Source of the DNA: Patescibacteria group bacterium
GTDB taxonomy: Bacteria; Patescibacteriota; Patescibacteriia; UBA9934
Reading direction: 5' to 3'
Assembly: GCA_018062825.1 (NCBI GenBank)
Contig: JAGORL010000001.1
Location: 314,758-378,757 of the forward strand
DNA length: 64,000 nucleotides
A program made the position numbers and the translations under genes. Each line of letters starts with the position of its first letter. The first letter of the stretch is position 1. This document shows positions 1-8,211 of the stretch, piece after piece. The notes beneath the pieces were generated by a model that was not told the origin of the DNA, made no database searches, and was given only the letters and a program-made list of their open reading frames with translations.

Positions 1-459
1 CGCCGCAATACAAAGGTAAACATTATGGCTCGCGAGGCGGGTATGACCGAGATCGTTGCTCGGCACCCATACGCCGGCGTACGCACGCCGAGGTGTTTAG
101 GATACTTTGTCATTGAGAACGCTGACGGCCGCTCAGCTCTAATTTTAGAAGAGCTGAACGCGGTAAACCTTAATCATGTTTTAGAGGGCAAAGCGCCTGC
201 CCCGGAGAACTTTGATTGGGAGACGTTTATGGACGCGCTGTACGAGTACATCGATAACTTGCATGAGAAGGCGGAGATACTGCACGGCGATCTATACGCT
301 CGTAATATCATGATTGATAAAGAAACAGGAGCGCCCTATGTGATTGACTTTGGCGAAGCAAAGAACCTCAGAAAGCTCTCAAAAGAGGAGCAGGAGCGCC
401 GAAAAAATGCCGAGTTTGCGCTCCTTGATGAGATATACGACAAGTTTGAAAATGCTTGA
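1..459 (+). CDS. Protein-kinase-like / aminoglycoside-phosphotransferase-like protein, C-terminal fragment. The ORF is open to the window start, so the N-terminus lies upstream.
   Basis: Contains a catalytic-loop motif HGDLYARNIMID followed by DFGEA (DFG), typical of the APH/ChoK/eukaryotic-like kinase fold. There is no stop codon upstream in frame back to position 1. Confidence 0.55.
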   Translation, partial: RRNTKVNIMAREAGMTEIVARHPYAGVRTPRCLGYFVIENADGRSALILEELNAVNLNHVLEGKAPAPENFDWETFMDALYEYIDNLHEKAEILHGDLYARNIMIDKETGAPYVIDFGEAKNLRKLSKEEQERRKNAEFALLDEIYDKFENA

Positions 460-517
460 CTTTTTAGCTAAATAATGCTATTTTATGGAACCAGGTTCAC
501 CAAATCGAGAGGCTCGC

Positions 518-718
518 ATGTCAGTCTTTTTGAACGAAAAGATTCGTAACGAGGCAAGACGCCTCGCGCTAGATCTCGCAAAGGAAGGCAAGGAAGTGGG
601 GGAGCTCGCCATCGGCGACGCAGCCCTGCAGATGACCGTTCGGCGGGAAGACCTCACTGTTGTCCTCGAGACCATCGAGGCGGGTGGAGCGTCCTATTAC
701 CTTGGAACGGCCAAGTGA
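518..718 (+). CDS. Hypothetical small protein (66 aa from the ATG at 518; an alternative start is at 485).
   Basis: GAGAGG lies 5 nt upstream of the ATG at 518. The ORF is followed by a perfect 11-bp-stem hairpin at 731-755 and a T-rich tail. Confidence 0.35.
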   Translation: MSVFLNEKIRNEARRLALDLAKEGKEVGELAIGDAALQMTVRREDLTVVLETIEAGGASYYLGTAK

Positions 719-730
719 GGCATCACAAGT

Positions 731-764
731 ACAACCAGCGCCAAGCGCTGGTTGTTTCATTTCG
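731..764 (+). terminator. Intrinsic terminator hairpin ACAACCAGCGC-caa-GCGCTGGTTGT followed by TTCATTTCG.
   Basis: Perfect 11-bp inverted repeat with a 3-nt loop, immediately 3' of the small ORF. Confidence 0.5.
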
Positions 765-1836
765 CCGTAACCAACGTGAAGTGAATTCTACCAAGTGTTT
801 GCCCACGATCATTCTCAACCGTGACGCGCCACGCCCCCGGCGTTAACCCGGATTTAAAAGTATAAGCACGATAACCATCTGAGCGGCCGCCGCGCACCAA
901 GAACTGCAAACGATCGCTCGTAACCCAGCGCCCATCCTCATTTTTATACTCCCATCGGTGATAAATAGTCGTGACAATGTTCGCTGGTGCAAAGATTGAA
1001 TTAAAAATATAGATCGCACCGTCCTCATCAAGGGTAAGCGTTTTCCCTGGAATGAGCTTTTCAATAAAAGTCTCACGCTCACTAATAAGCTGGTACGAAT
1101 CACCAACTCGTTCAACATTGTGATACACGCCAATGTCGCGAAGTGTAAGGGGTAGTGGTGGGATGAGGTTGAATAAGTAAAAGGTCGACATGGCTAAAAA
1201 CACACCCACAACACCCACATATATTTGGCCAGGAGCTTGGCGAATACGCGGTACAAACCTGCTCAGAAGCGCAGCAAGCGCAAGCGTGCCAAGCGTGCTG
1301 ATAACGCCACTAACCGCAAAGAGCCAGCCGGCTAGAGAGTTAAGCGCGTACGGAAGGAGGATGGAAAGATACGAAAAGAAAACAAAGCTATAGACCGTAA
1401 GCTGCACCGTAGGTCGAACAAAGATGTGACGAAAAACTTCTGATGAAATCATGATCGCCACAATAACCGCAAACAGTGGCCAACTTACAGCAAACGCTCC
1501 ACTAAACCAGTAAAACAAAAGCGCCGCACTCAACAAGGCTCCAAACGACAGCTGAATCGCAAGCGGCGCAGCAAAGCGTAGGTAGATCAAGATTGCGGGG
1601 TGCGCCTCTTTCTTGTGTGCATCAAACCAGTACAGGTACACCATGCTCGCTGCCGCTAGTACGAGGTAGCCAAAAAGTAGCTTGAGCGTTGTGGCAATCT
1701 GCAGCGCTTGAAAGGTGAAAATATCTCCCAAAAATCCAAACACCAAAAAGCCTGGAATCAAAATCTGCTCGTACTTTTTGTAGAGCGCTCGTAAATGCTT
1801 ATCAAGCTGAAGTTCTTGAAGCTTGGCGCGTATCAT
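757..1836 (-). CDS. DUF2914-family polytopic membrane protein with a C-terminal soluble domain.
   Basis: The N-terminal two-thirds is strongly hydrophobic and multi-helix, followed by a hydrophilic C-terminal domain. The start was chosen at the ATG (MIRAKLQ) downstream of the terminator at 1871-1913; the 5'-most listed start is a TTG inside that hairpin. Confidence 0.5.
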   Translation of the reverse strand: MIRAKLQELQLDKHLRALYKKYEQILIPGFLVFGFLGDIFTFQALQIATTLKLLFGYLVLAAASMVYLYWFDAHKKEAHPAILIYLRFAAPLAIQLSFGALLSAALLFYWFSGAFAVSWPLFAVIVAIMISSEVFRHIFVRPTVQLTVYSFVFFSYLSILLPYALNSLAGWLFAVSGVISTLGTLALAALLSRFVPRIRQAPGQIYVGVVGVFLAMSTFYLFNLIPPLPLTLRDIGVYHNVERVGDSYQLISERETFIEKLIPGKTLTLDEDGAIYIFNSIFAPANIVTTIYHRWEYKNEDGRWVTSDRLQFLVRGGRSDGYRAYTFKSGLTPGAWRVTVENDRGQTLGRIHFTLVTAK

Positions 1837-1870
1837 GCCGGTATCATAGCAAATAAAGGTGGGCTGATAT

Positions 1871-1913
1871 TTCAAAAATAAAAAAGCACAGACCAAAGTC
1901 CGTGCTTTTATTA
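1871..1913 (-). terminator. Intrinsic terminator (bidirectional-capable) after the META-domain gene.
   Basis: Minus-strand read: AAGCACgGAC-tttg-GTCtGTGCTT followed by TTTTTATTTTTG, directly after the TAA at 1914-1916. Confidence 0.7.
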
Positions 1914-2366
1914 TTAATCTGCCTGTACAAACACCATCGTTCCTTGATCATCTTGCAAAGTGAGCATGAGTGATCCCTCCTCTGAGATGACGTAGGCAAC
2001 AACGTTGCCAAGTTGCTCGGCGTAGGTTGCTTCTTGTGAGCCTTCGCAGTACATCTTGGTGCTAATAATTTCGCCAAAGCTGAGCGATGCGCCATCCATG
2101 GTGTAGTTGCCGCCCATCGTGTTGCAGTCAGTGCTGCTACCAAAACGACCGTCGGTTTCAAAGGTCAGAACAAAACGCTCTGGCTCGTTTGGTGTAAAGG
2201 CGCCTTCTGCAGCAAGGAGCGTGGTAGTCCATGTCCACGAGGTATCAGTAATAGCGATCATAGAGGTATCCGCTTGCTTCTCATTGTAGATGAAAGCGTT
2301 GAGTGCAAAGAAGCCCAGAAGAACTACCGCAACTACACCAATGAAAACAAGAAATATTTTTTGCAT
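1914..2366 (-). CDS. META-domain (HslJ-like, DUF306) protein with an N-terminal signal anchor.
   Basis: Hydrophobic N-terminus followed by a META-like region (TDGRFGSSTDCNTMGGNYT...). ATG start at 2364-2366; the listed 5'-most start at 2393 is GTG. Confidence 0.55.
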   Translation of the reverse strand: MQKIFLVFIGVVAVVLLGFFALNAFIYNEKQADTSMIAITDTSWTWTTTLLAAEGAFTPNEPERFVLTFETDGRFGSSTDCNTMGGNYTMDGASLSFGEIISTKMYCEGSQEATYAEQLGNVVAYVISEEGSLMLTLQDDQGTMVFVQAD

Positions 2367-2410
2367 AGCGAAAATAAAGAGTACTGCACTCACTATAGTC
2401 TATTAAAGAG

Positions 2411-2446
2411 AAGATCGACACCCCGGGCGCGGGATGTCGATCGTGG
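2411..2446 (-). terminator. Terminator hairpin, copy 1 of a duplicated 31-bp element AAGATCGACACCCCGGGCGCGGGATGTCGAT.
   Basis: GATCGACA/TGTCGATC stem with an inner CCCG/CGGG stem. The minus-strand read is followed by CTTCTCTTTAATA. Identical core recurs at 3197-3227. Confidence 0.65.
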
Positions 2447-2449
2447 TGA

Positions 2450-3067
2450 TCAGGCCTGAACGGCCTGTGCGTGGCTGTCTGCGGGGCGGGAAACCATCGT
2501 GTCCGCCCAGATGATGAACTTCTGGAGCTTGTCGCGCTGATCGGCGACCTCCTCCCGAGATGCGTACCCGAGTACTGGCAGGTATTCTTGCGGACCGACC
2601 AGGATCTGCTTCAGGTTCTCGACCGTATCGCAGATGACAAGGGCTTCTCGCACCTTGTCGATCAGCACGTCGCGCACATTGTCCGTCAGGGGCATGTGCT
2701 GTTGACCGCAGTCCGGGCAGGGCAGCGTGCTCGGGGTCAGACAGAGCTTGTCGCCGAGCTTGAGCAGAGCATCGACCCAGTTCTTCGGCGGGAGCGGATG
2801 GATGTACTCCATGAGTGCCGTGAACGCCTCGTGCGGATCATCGCTGAAGGTGTGGACGCGCATGGCTCGCGGCGCTGCGACCATCTGGTTCGGAACGCCA
2901 TTCGTCACGGTGAACGCTCCGATCACGAGGTCATCCTCGCCGTGAAGGACGGTCCAGTTGCCGTCCTCGAGCTTGGTGCCGATCGGGAGGATGACCGTCC
3001 CTTCCTCGGTGATCTCCACCGTGAGTGAGCGATTGCTGCTCATGATGCGATACGTCGCAAAGCGCAT
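2450..3067 (-). CDS. Hypothetical protein (205 aa), in a GC-rich islet.
   Basis: ATG start with GAGG upstream. ~65% GC against a ~49% background. Has its own terminator. No recognisable family. Confidence 0.5.
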   Translation of the reverse strand: MRFATYRIMSSNRSLTVEITEEGTVILPIGTKLEDGNWTVLHGEDDLVIGAFTVTNGVPNQMVAAPRAMRVHTFSDDPHEAFTALMEYIHPLPPKNWVDALLKLGDKLCLTPSTLPCPDCGQQHMPLTDNVRDVLIDKVREALVICDTVENLKQILVGPQEYLPVLGYASREEVADQRDKLQKFIIWADTMVSRPADSHAQAVQA

Positions 3068-3196
3068 GGGTGTACCTCGTACGTGAAGCTGAAAGCTACT
3101 AAATCAAGCGAACCATTCGCCTAAAACAGCAGTATTTCAACGAGGCAGACTAAACAAAAATCTGAAAAGAGTCAACCTCAACGCCTATAAAAACTA

Positions 3197-3232
3197 AAGA
3201 TCGACACCCCGGGCGCGGGATGTCGATTGTGG
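3197..3232 (-). terminator. Terminator hairpin, copy 2 of the duplicated 31-bp element.
   Basis: Same core as 2411-2441. The minus-strand read is followed by CTTTAGTTTTTATAGG. Confidence 0.65.
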
Positions 3233-3243
3233 CTCGCGGCCTT

Positions 3244-3525
3244 CTAGCCGAGGGCTGCGAGGAAGTCCTCGACCGCCTCGGGGTCGAGCGTGACCTGGAG
3301 CTCCTCCCGCAGCTCGCGGTCGAGGGTGGCGTCGGCGGTCTCGTTCGTGAGGATCGCGAGCTGGGCCTTGCCGCCCTGGACCTCGACCGTGCCGACGCAC
3401 TCGTCGTTGTCGAGGATCTGCCACACCCCGTCTTCGACCGACTGGCCGTGGGGGAACATGGCGGTGGTGCCATGCATCACGATCGTGAGCGTCTGGTCGC
3501 CGAGGGCCGCGAGGAATCCGCGCAT
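3244..3525 (-). CDS. Hypothetical acidic protein (93 aa from the ATG at 3525; the 5'-most start at 3588 is GTG), in a GC-rich islet.
   Basis: GGAGAAG lies 4-5 nt upstream of the ATG at 3525. GC-rich. Followed by terminator copy 2. Confidence 0.45.
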   Translation of the reverse strand: MRGFLAALGDQTLTIVMHGTTAMFPHGQSVEDGVWQILDNDECVGTVEVQGGKAQLAILTNETADATLDRELREELQVTLDPEAVEDFLAALG

Positions 3526-3712
3526 GACTTCTCCTGAAGGGGCGTCGATATGATCGACAGGGGCATCATCTGCGCAAACGTCGATCACCGACGCTAACGC
3601 AAAAGACCCGCTACGATAGCGGAAATACCCAGAAAAGTCAAGCTATTTCTGGAATACTAGCCCCTGTTTACAAAGCGCATCATCGCAGTCTTGCCATGCC
3701 ACAATGCGATTA

Positions 3713-3757
3713 ATGTAGCAATAAGAAGACCCCGTCTGCCTTGCGGCTGACGGGGTC
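3713..3757 (-). terminator. Intrinsic terminator after the beta-propeller gene.
   Basis: GACCCCGTC-(13 nt)-GACGGGGTC 9-bp stem. The minus-strand read is followed by TTCTTATTGC. Confidence 0.6.
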
Positions 3758-3801
3758 AGAGAGATCGGACAACCACGTGAGGTGATCGTCATGTGGTGCG
3801 G

Positions 3802-4971
3802 CTACGGCAGCGGATCGCCGCGGTCGTCCACCCGGATCTCGAAGATGACGAACGGCGACGGGTCCGGCACAGGGGATCCGACGAGCACGTCATCGACAGC
3901 ATGGTTCACCACGTAGGCGCGCTTCTTGTCCGGGTGAAGCGCGATCGTGGACGGCTGCACGAAGGAGACGTTGACGTTCTCCGGCTGAGTGATGCGATCG
4001 ATCTCGTAGGGGTCGAAGTCGCACTCGTTGAGGCCCGAGATGACGCTCACGGAGTTGTCGCCCGCGAGCACCGCGTACAGGTCACCGTTCTGCGCGAACG
4101 CCAGCCCATCGGGCAGGTCATTCAGGCCGTACTCGTACACGATCTCCGGGGTCTCGCCGAGATCGTTCAGTGGCACGCGGTAGATCTTGCCGGTCGCTCC
4201 GGGAGCGCCGGGGAAGGGCACCCCGCCCGTGAACGCGAAGTAAAGGTACTCGCGCTCCGGATCGAGCTTGATGCCGTTCATGCCCAGGCGCCCGCCTCCG
4301 AAGAAGCCGAGCAGCGGGTCCACGATGACCGGCACGGGCTCACCACCACCCGGGGGAACCATGAAGATGATGCCCTGGATGCTGTCCGTCACGTAGAGCT
4401 CGCCCGCCGGGCCGACGACGATCCCGTTCGGGACGGACGGCGGCAGGCCGGGAATGGGCGGCACCTCGATGAGCTGCGGGAAGGGCGTCGACGTGTGCAG
4501 CGACTGGGTCCAGGTGGGCCCGAAGCACGTGTCGACGATCGAGAACTTCACCACACCGAGCTGGGTGCTGTTCACGTACAGGTTGCCATCCGCGTCGAGC
4601 GCGGACTCGCTGAAGGCGTGCTCGAACAGGATGTTCTCGCCGTCGGCCTCGAGCGTGTCGATGAGGTCACCGTCGTTGAGATCGTAGACCCGAACCCAGG
4701 AGGCCGGTAGGCCGGCGGTCGGCGAGGCGGCCGGACCGGTCACGTACAGGAGCTCGCGGTCGTAGTCGACGACCACGCCTTCGGGCCATTCGTAGCCCGC
4801 CGGCATGGTGGCGAAGATCTCCGCCGAGCCGACGTTGCCCTGACCGTTGTTGTGACCACCGCCATGGCCACCACCGTGACCATGACCGTTGTTGTGACCA
4901 CCGGGTGGCCCGCCGTGGGCGAGCGTGGTGGTCGGAATGATGAGTAGAAGCGTGAACAACAGCTGACGCAA
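3802..4971 (-). CDS. Secreted beta-propeller protein (SMP-30/gluconolactonase/LRE-like or NHL-like repeats) with an N-terminal His/Gly-rich tract.
   Basis: Signal peptide MRQLLFTLLLIIPTTTLA. Then HGGPPGGHNNGHGHGGGHGGGHNNG (a putative metal-binding tract). Repeated ...LYVTDS.../...GDLYAV... blade-like motifs. TTG start with AGAGAGG upstream. ~65% GC. Confidence 0.5.
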   Translation of the reverse strand: MRQLLFTLLLIIPTTTLAHGGPPGGHNNGHGHGGGHGGGHNNGQGNVGSAEIFATMPAGYEWPEGVVVDYDRELLYVTGPAASPTAGLPASWVRVYDLNDGDLIDTLEADGENILFEHAFSESALDADGNLYVNSTQLGVVKFSIVDTCFGPTWTQSLHTSTPFPQLIEVPPIPGLPPSVPNGIVVGPAGELYVTDSIQGIIFMVPPGGGEPVPVIVDPLLGFFGGGRLGMNGIKLDPEREYLYFAFTGGVPFPGAPGATGKIYRVPLNDLGETPEIVYEYGLNDLPDGLAFAQNGDLYAVLAGDNSVSVISGLNECDFDPYEIDRITQPENVNVSFVQPSTIALHPDKKRAYVVNHAVDDVLVGSPVPDPSPFVIFEIRVDDRGDPLP

Positions 4972-5062
4972 CTCGAACCTCTCTGAACTAGCATCTATTG
5001 ATGCGCCTCGTTATGAGGCGGCGAATAGTATAGTGTTCAAAAACAAGATAGCCAAACGAGTA

Positions 5063-5590
5063 TTACACACCGGAGCTACTTTCCTTTGAAAGAAGCTGAG
5101 ACTTAATCGCTGATCCCCAGCGATACTGTCCAATCGATCCATCAGCCGGCACAACGCGGTGGCACGGGATAAGAACGGCAATGCGATTAGCGCCAACTGC
5201 GGTACCAACTGCGCGGTATGCGTGCGGCCTGCCAATGTTCTGAGCGATTTGCGCATACGTCCTGCGCTCACCGTACGGAATATGCAGAAGCTCCAACCAA
5301 ACGCTTTTTTGAAAAGCGGTACCGGTAGTAAAAAGGGGAATGCTGCGTTGATCGCCTTTATTCTTCAGTGCATCAAAGGCCACGAGGTGAAGGCGGTGCT
5401 CGCTCGCCACGAGAGCGGACTCGGGAAATAATAAAGATAATTCTCGGGTATGGTCGATATCAGGAATCTGGAAGGCAAGAAAGACAATCGCTCGATCGCT
5501 TGAAGCAATAAAAACCTCACCCTGTGCGGATGAGTAGCTTGCGTAGTACACACGATCAATCACCTCGTGATCATTAAGAAAAGAAGACAT
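5063..5590 (-). CDS. ogt: Methylated-DNA-[protein]-cysteine S-methyltransferase (O6-alkylguanine-DNA alkyltransferase).
   Basis: Active-site motif IPCHRVV (PCHR). The C-terminal HTH-like DNA-binding region is conserved. Start at the ATG at 5588-5590 (MSSFL); the listed 5617 start is TTG. Confidence 0.8.
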   Translation of the reverse strand: MSSFLNDHEVIDRVYYASYSSAQGEVFIASSDRAIVFLAFQIPDIDHTRELSLLFPESALVASEHRLHLVAFDALKNKGDQRSIPLFTTGTAFQKSVWLELLHIPYGERRTYAQIAQNIGRPHAYRAVGTAVGANRIAVLIPCHRVVPADGSIGQYRWGSAIKSQLLSKESSSGV

Positions 5591-5643
5591 AGATAAATAT
5601 AATCTGAGTGTAGGCAAAAAGGCGGAAAGGGGGAAGGGTAGGG

Positions 5644-5672
5644 TTGCTTAATGTGTAAAAATGATGTAGACT
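5644..5672 (+). promoter_or_regulatory. Sigma70-like promoter: TTGCTT, 17-nt spacer, TAGACT.
   Basis: Sits ~10 nt upstream of the DUF1003 ATG, giving a near-leaderless transcript. Confidence 0.4.
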
Positions 5673-5681
5673 ATTCCCCCT

Positions 5682-6101
5682 ATGGGTAAGACACTTTCAA
5701 TCATCGAGAGCCTGACGCGCTCCATCGGTTCTGTTGGATCGATCATCGCGCATACGTTCTTCTTCTTTATTGCATTTCTCATTGGCGCACTTGGTGTGAT
5801 TGATTGGGATACCGTCCTTTTAGTGCTAACAACCGCCGTTTCACTGGAAGCGATTTATTTGGCGATCTTTATTCAGATCACCGTGAATCAAAACACTGAA
5901 AGTTTGCGTGAGGTGGAGGTTGACGTTGATGAGATTCAAAAAGATATTGATGCGATCGAGCAGGATGTTGATGAAATTCAGATAGATGAAAAGGAGGAAG
6001 AGGTGCGTGATGCGCGCCAGCAGGAGGCGATTGACGACATCGGTGAGCGCTTACAGCGCCTTGTTGAAGATGTTTCCAAGCTTTCAAAGCGCGTGCAATA
6101 A
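5682..6101 (+). CDS. DUF1003-family membrane protein (two TM helices plus an acidic coiled coil).
   Basis: Hydrophobic segment FFFFIAFLIGALGVIDWDTVLLVLTTAVSLEAIYLAIFI followed by a charged DVDEIQ... repeat region. Confidence 0.5.
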   Translation: MGKTLSIIESLTRSIGSVGSIIAHTFFFFIAFLIGALGVIDWDTVLLVLTTAVSLEAIYLAIFIQITVNQNTESLREVEVDVDEIQKDIDAIEQDVDEIQIDEKEEEVRDARQQEAIDDIGERLQRLVEDVSKLSKRVQ

Positions 6102-6145
6102 GTAGGGTATTAAGGCTAATATTAGCTAATAATAGCCAAAAATCA

Positions 6146-6174
6146 TTGACAGATGTTGGAATAAATGCTATAGT
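6146..6174 (+). promoter_or_regulatory. Consensus sigma70 promoter: TTGACA, 17-nt spacer, TATAGT.
   Basis: Perfect -35 hexamer at 6146-6151, a 17-nt spacer, then TATAGT at 6169-6174. No ORF follows before the terminator at 6281. Confidence 0.55.
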
Positions 6175-6180
6175 ACAGGT

Positions 6181-6306
6181 GTTGATACTATAGATACGGT
6201 AGTTCCCAATTTCTTCCAAGTTACGTGAAGACACAATTCGGCACTTAACAGTTATTGAAAGCATTGACACAAATAAAAAATCGGACCGCTTGTGTCCGAT
6301 TTTTTG
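6181..6306 (+). ncRNA. Candidate small RNA (~125 nt) lying between the consensus promoter and an intrinsic terminator.
   Basis: Bounded by the promoter at 6146-6174 and the hairpin TCGGAC-cgcttgt-GTCCGA plus T7 at 6281-6306. There is no ORF of 60 aa or more on the + strand. Confidence 0.35.
6281..6306. terminator. Bidirectional intrinsic terminator AAAAAA-TCGGAC-cgcttgt-GTCCGA-TTTTTTG.
   Basis: An A-tract and a T-tract flank a 6-bp stem. It also sits directly 3' of the minus-strand gene 6309-6677. Confidence 0.75.
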
Positions 6307-6308
6307 TT

Positions 6309-6677
6309 TTATTTCTGCTTTGCTTTGTGCTTAGCAATGTTTTGCCGAATGCAGTAACGAGTAATGCGCTTGATAAGGCCAATCGGCAGCGGCTTATCGA
6401 GCGGAAACTGGATACTCCCCTTAGCTGTCTTGTACTTGGTGAGCGAACTTTTGAAGGCTACGAGTGCTGCACTACCTGGATACAGACCGATATGACCTTT
6501 GTACCCGGCGTAGTGAATGAGGTTACCGTGAAGCTTGAAAGTTGGAATGCCGTAACTGATGACCTCGGTCGCCGAAGGCGCAAGTGTACGGATGGTGACG
6601 CGCATTTTTTTCAAGAGGCGCTGAACAAGAATAGGATGCGCTGCGATGTATGTTTCAACACTCGCCACTGAGCGCAT
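6309..6677 (-). CDS. DUF1801 (YdhG-like) domain protein.
   Basis: Family-typical N-terminus (VETYIAAHP...LLKKMR..I...AP.ATEVISYGIPTFKLHGNLIHYAGYKGHIGLYP). Confidence 0.6.
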   Translation of the reverse strand: MRSVASVETYIAAHPILVQRLLKKMRVTIRTLAPSATEVISYGIPTFKLHGNLIHYAGYKGHIGLYPGSAALVAFKSSLTKYKTAKGSIQFPLDKPLPIGLIKRITRYCIRQNIAKHKAKQK

Positions 6678-6795
6678 ATGACTATTTCTTCTTCTTATCG
6701 GTCTTCTTTGGTTTCTTAACGTTCTTGCGTGCGTTCATGCCTTTGGCCATACATTGAGATAAATAATATAGTTGAAGTATAGCATTATGAGTGAA

Positions 6796-7635
6796 CTAAG
6801 CGTGATGTGCAAGATCGGCTTCGAGTAAATCAAGAATCTTCCCGTCAACGCTTTCATCAAACTTGCGAGCAAAAAGATTGTGACTACTACGCAGATACGT
6901 TGCATCTTGCAAGGTAAACGTGCGTGGTCGAAGTTTGATCGTGCCGTCTGGTACCCAGTCGATTGCCCGTAGGTCATCATTCACAAGCTGTGATTGATAC
7001 GACGTATTCATGATGACCGTTTGAAAGAAGCTTTCATCGGCAATGAAAGTATGGCGATAGAAGCGCTTGAAGCGTGTAACCTCAGGACTCGTTGCAAGAA
7101 ACTCGCAAAAACTTCGCGTTAAAATCATCCACTGATTACCAATATACGGCGTTGCTCTACGTAAGAACTTGCGCGTAAACGGCAGCTGCACAATACGCTG
7201 AGCAAACTCCAGATAATAATTTTGAAAACGACCAACAGTACCTGGACGTACCTTCTGTTGATCGATAACTTTCATGAAATCAGTGCCAGCGTGTTTGGTG
7301 AGGAAGGTGCGAATCTGGCGTTGTGATTTAAGTGGAAAATCCTGACCGCTTAAGTTAATAAAGAACTGCCAGCGTGGACTCATGGCAAGAAGTGCGGCAA
7401 TGCCTCTAAGCTGTGCATCAACAAGACTGTAACCACCCCACAAAGCGTTTTTACTTTCAATAAGTTGAGCATTCGGAAACGATGCTAAAAACGCCCCGAT
7501 CTCAGTACGCAGTGACTGGTCGGCGCGTTTATCAGTATGCACCACATAGAAGTTATCTGGGTGGTAAATAGCCTTAAAAAGACGTTTGAACTGTTTAGGG
7601 TAGCGGTGTACTAGGAGGAAATAGGCAATCATCAA
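6796..7635 (-). CDS. Glycosyltransferase family 14 (core-2/I-branching beta-1,6-GlcNAc-transferase-like).
   Basis: Matches the Branch-domain signature: YHPDNFYVVHTDK...LSGQDFPLKS... Confidence 0.6.
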   Translation of the reverse strand: MMIAYFLLVHRYPKQFKRLFKAIYHPDNFYVVHTDKRADQSLRTEIGAFLASFPNAQLIESKNALWGGYSLVDAQLRGIAALLAMSPRWQFFINLSGQDFPLKSQRQIRTFLTKHAGTDFMKVIDQQKVRPGTVGRFQNYYLEFAQRIVQLPFTRKFLRRATPYIGNQWMILTRSFCEFLATSPEVTRFKRFYRHTFIADESFFQTVIMNTSYQSQLVNDDLRAIDWVPDGTIKLRPRTFTLQDATYLRSSHNLFARKFDESVDGKILDLLEADLAHHA

Positions 7636-7667
7636 GTCACCGTACGCTTAGTTAGTGATAATAGCAA

Positions 7668-7706
7668 AGAAGTAAAATTCAAAACCCTGCCACGTGGCGG
7701 CAGGGT
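7668..7706 (-). terminator. Intrinsic terminator after gene 7715-8113.
   Basis: Minus-strand read: CCCTGCC-gccacgt-GGCAGGG followed by TTTTGAATTTTAC. Confidence 0.7.
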
Positions 7707-7714
7707 TGAGGCGA

Positions 7715-8113
7715 TTAGTGCACAAGGACCGCTGAGAGTTCGATCCGTAGGGTGGTGTAAACGCCGAACGGTAGGTCGAGCAAGGTGACGCCACCATGAG
7801 CGACGCCTCGATGCGTTGCATACTGGATGTACGAAGTGCCGTGCAGCCGGATGCGCCGCTCGTTGCGTTCGATGACACGATGGAGTGCAAGGGCTTCTCG
7901 CAGCTCAGACGCGTGGCCGCGCCAGTTGGTGATCACCTGTCCGCCGAGCCCGGTCGACACAACGCGTCGCTGTAGCGCCGCTTCATTCCGGTCAGGACTC
8001 AGGTAGAAGTCGAGTGCCCAGGGACTGTGATGGGGGAGCATGGGACCGATGAAGTCCGGGAAGGAGTAGTTGTATGCGGCCAGGAGACCGTCGTTGAAAG
8101 GACGTGGTGGCAT
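7715..8113 (-). CDS. Hypothetical protein (132 aa) in a GC-rich monocistronic islet.
   Basis: ATG start with AGGTG upstream. ~62% GC. Bracketed by its own terminator and by the cupin-gene terminator upstream. No family recognised. Confidence 0.5.
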   Translation of the reverse strand: MPPRPFNDGLLAAYNYSFPDFIGPMLPHHSPWALDFYLSPDRNEAALQRRVVSTGLGGQVITNWRGHASELREALALHRVIERNERRIRLHGTSYIQYATHRGVAHGGVTLLDLPFGVYTTLRIELSAVLVH

Positions 8114-8154
8114 GATTACACCTATGGTGCTCGCAGGAGCGAGGAGTAAAGATA

Positions 8155-8190
8155 ACGAAAAAACGACCGAACGTCAATCGTTCGGTCGTT
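8155..8190 (-). terminator. Intrinsic terminator after the cupin gene.
   Basis: Minus-strand read: ACGACCGAACG-attga-CGTTCGGTCGT followed by TTTTTTCG. Confidence 0.7.
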
Positions 8191-8211
8191 TAATGGTCAG
8201 TGTGTGTAACG

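Noticed and set aside
3150-3588. Overlapping Arg-rich ORFs (3150-3473 -, 3194-3424 -, 3220-3537 +, 3290-3553 +) in the GC-rich islet.
   Set aside because: These are alternative frames of the same region as gene 3244-3525, which has a GGAGAAG RBS and a terminator. Their compositions are extreme (poly-Arg/Ser/Pro).
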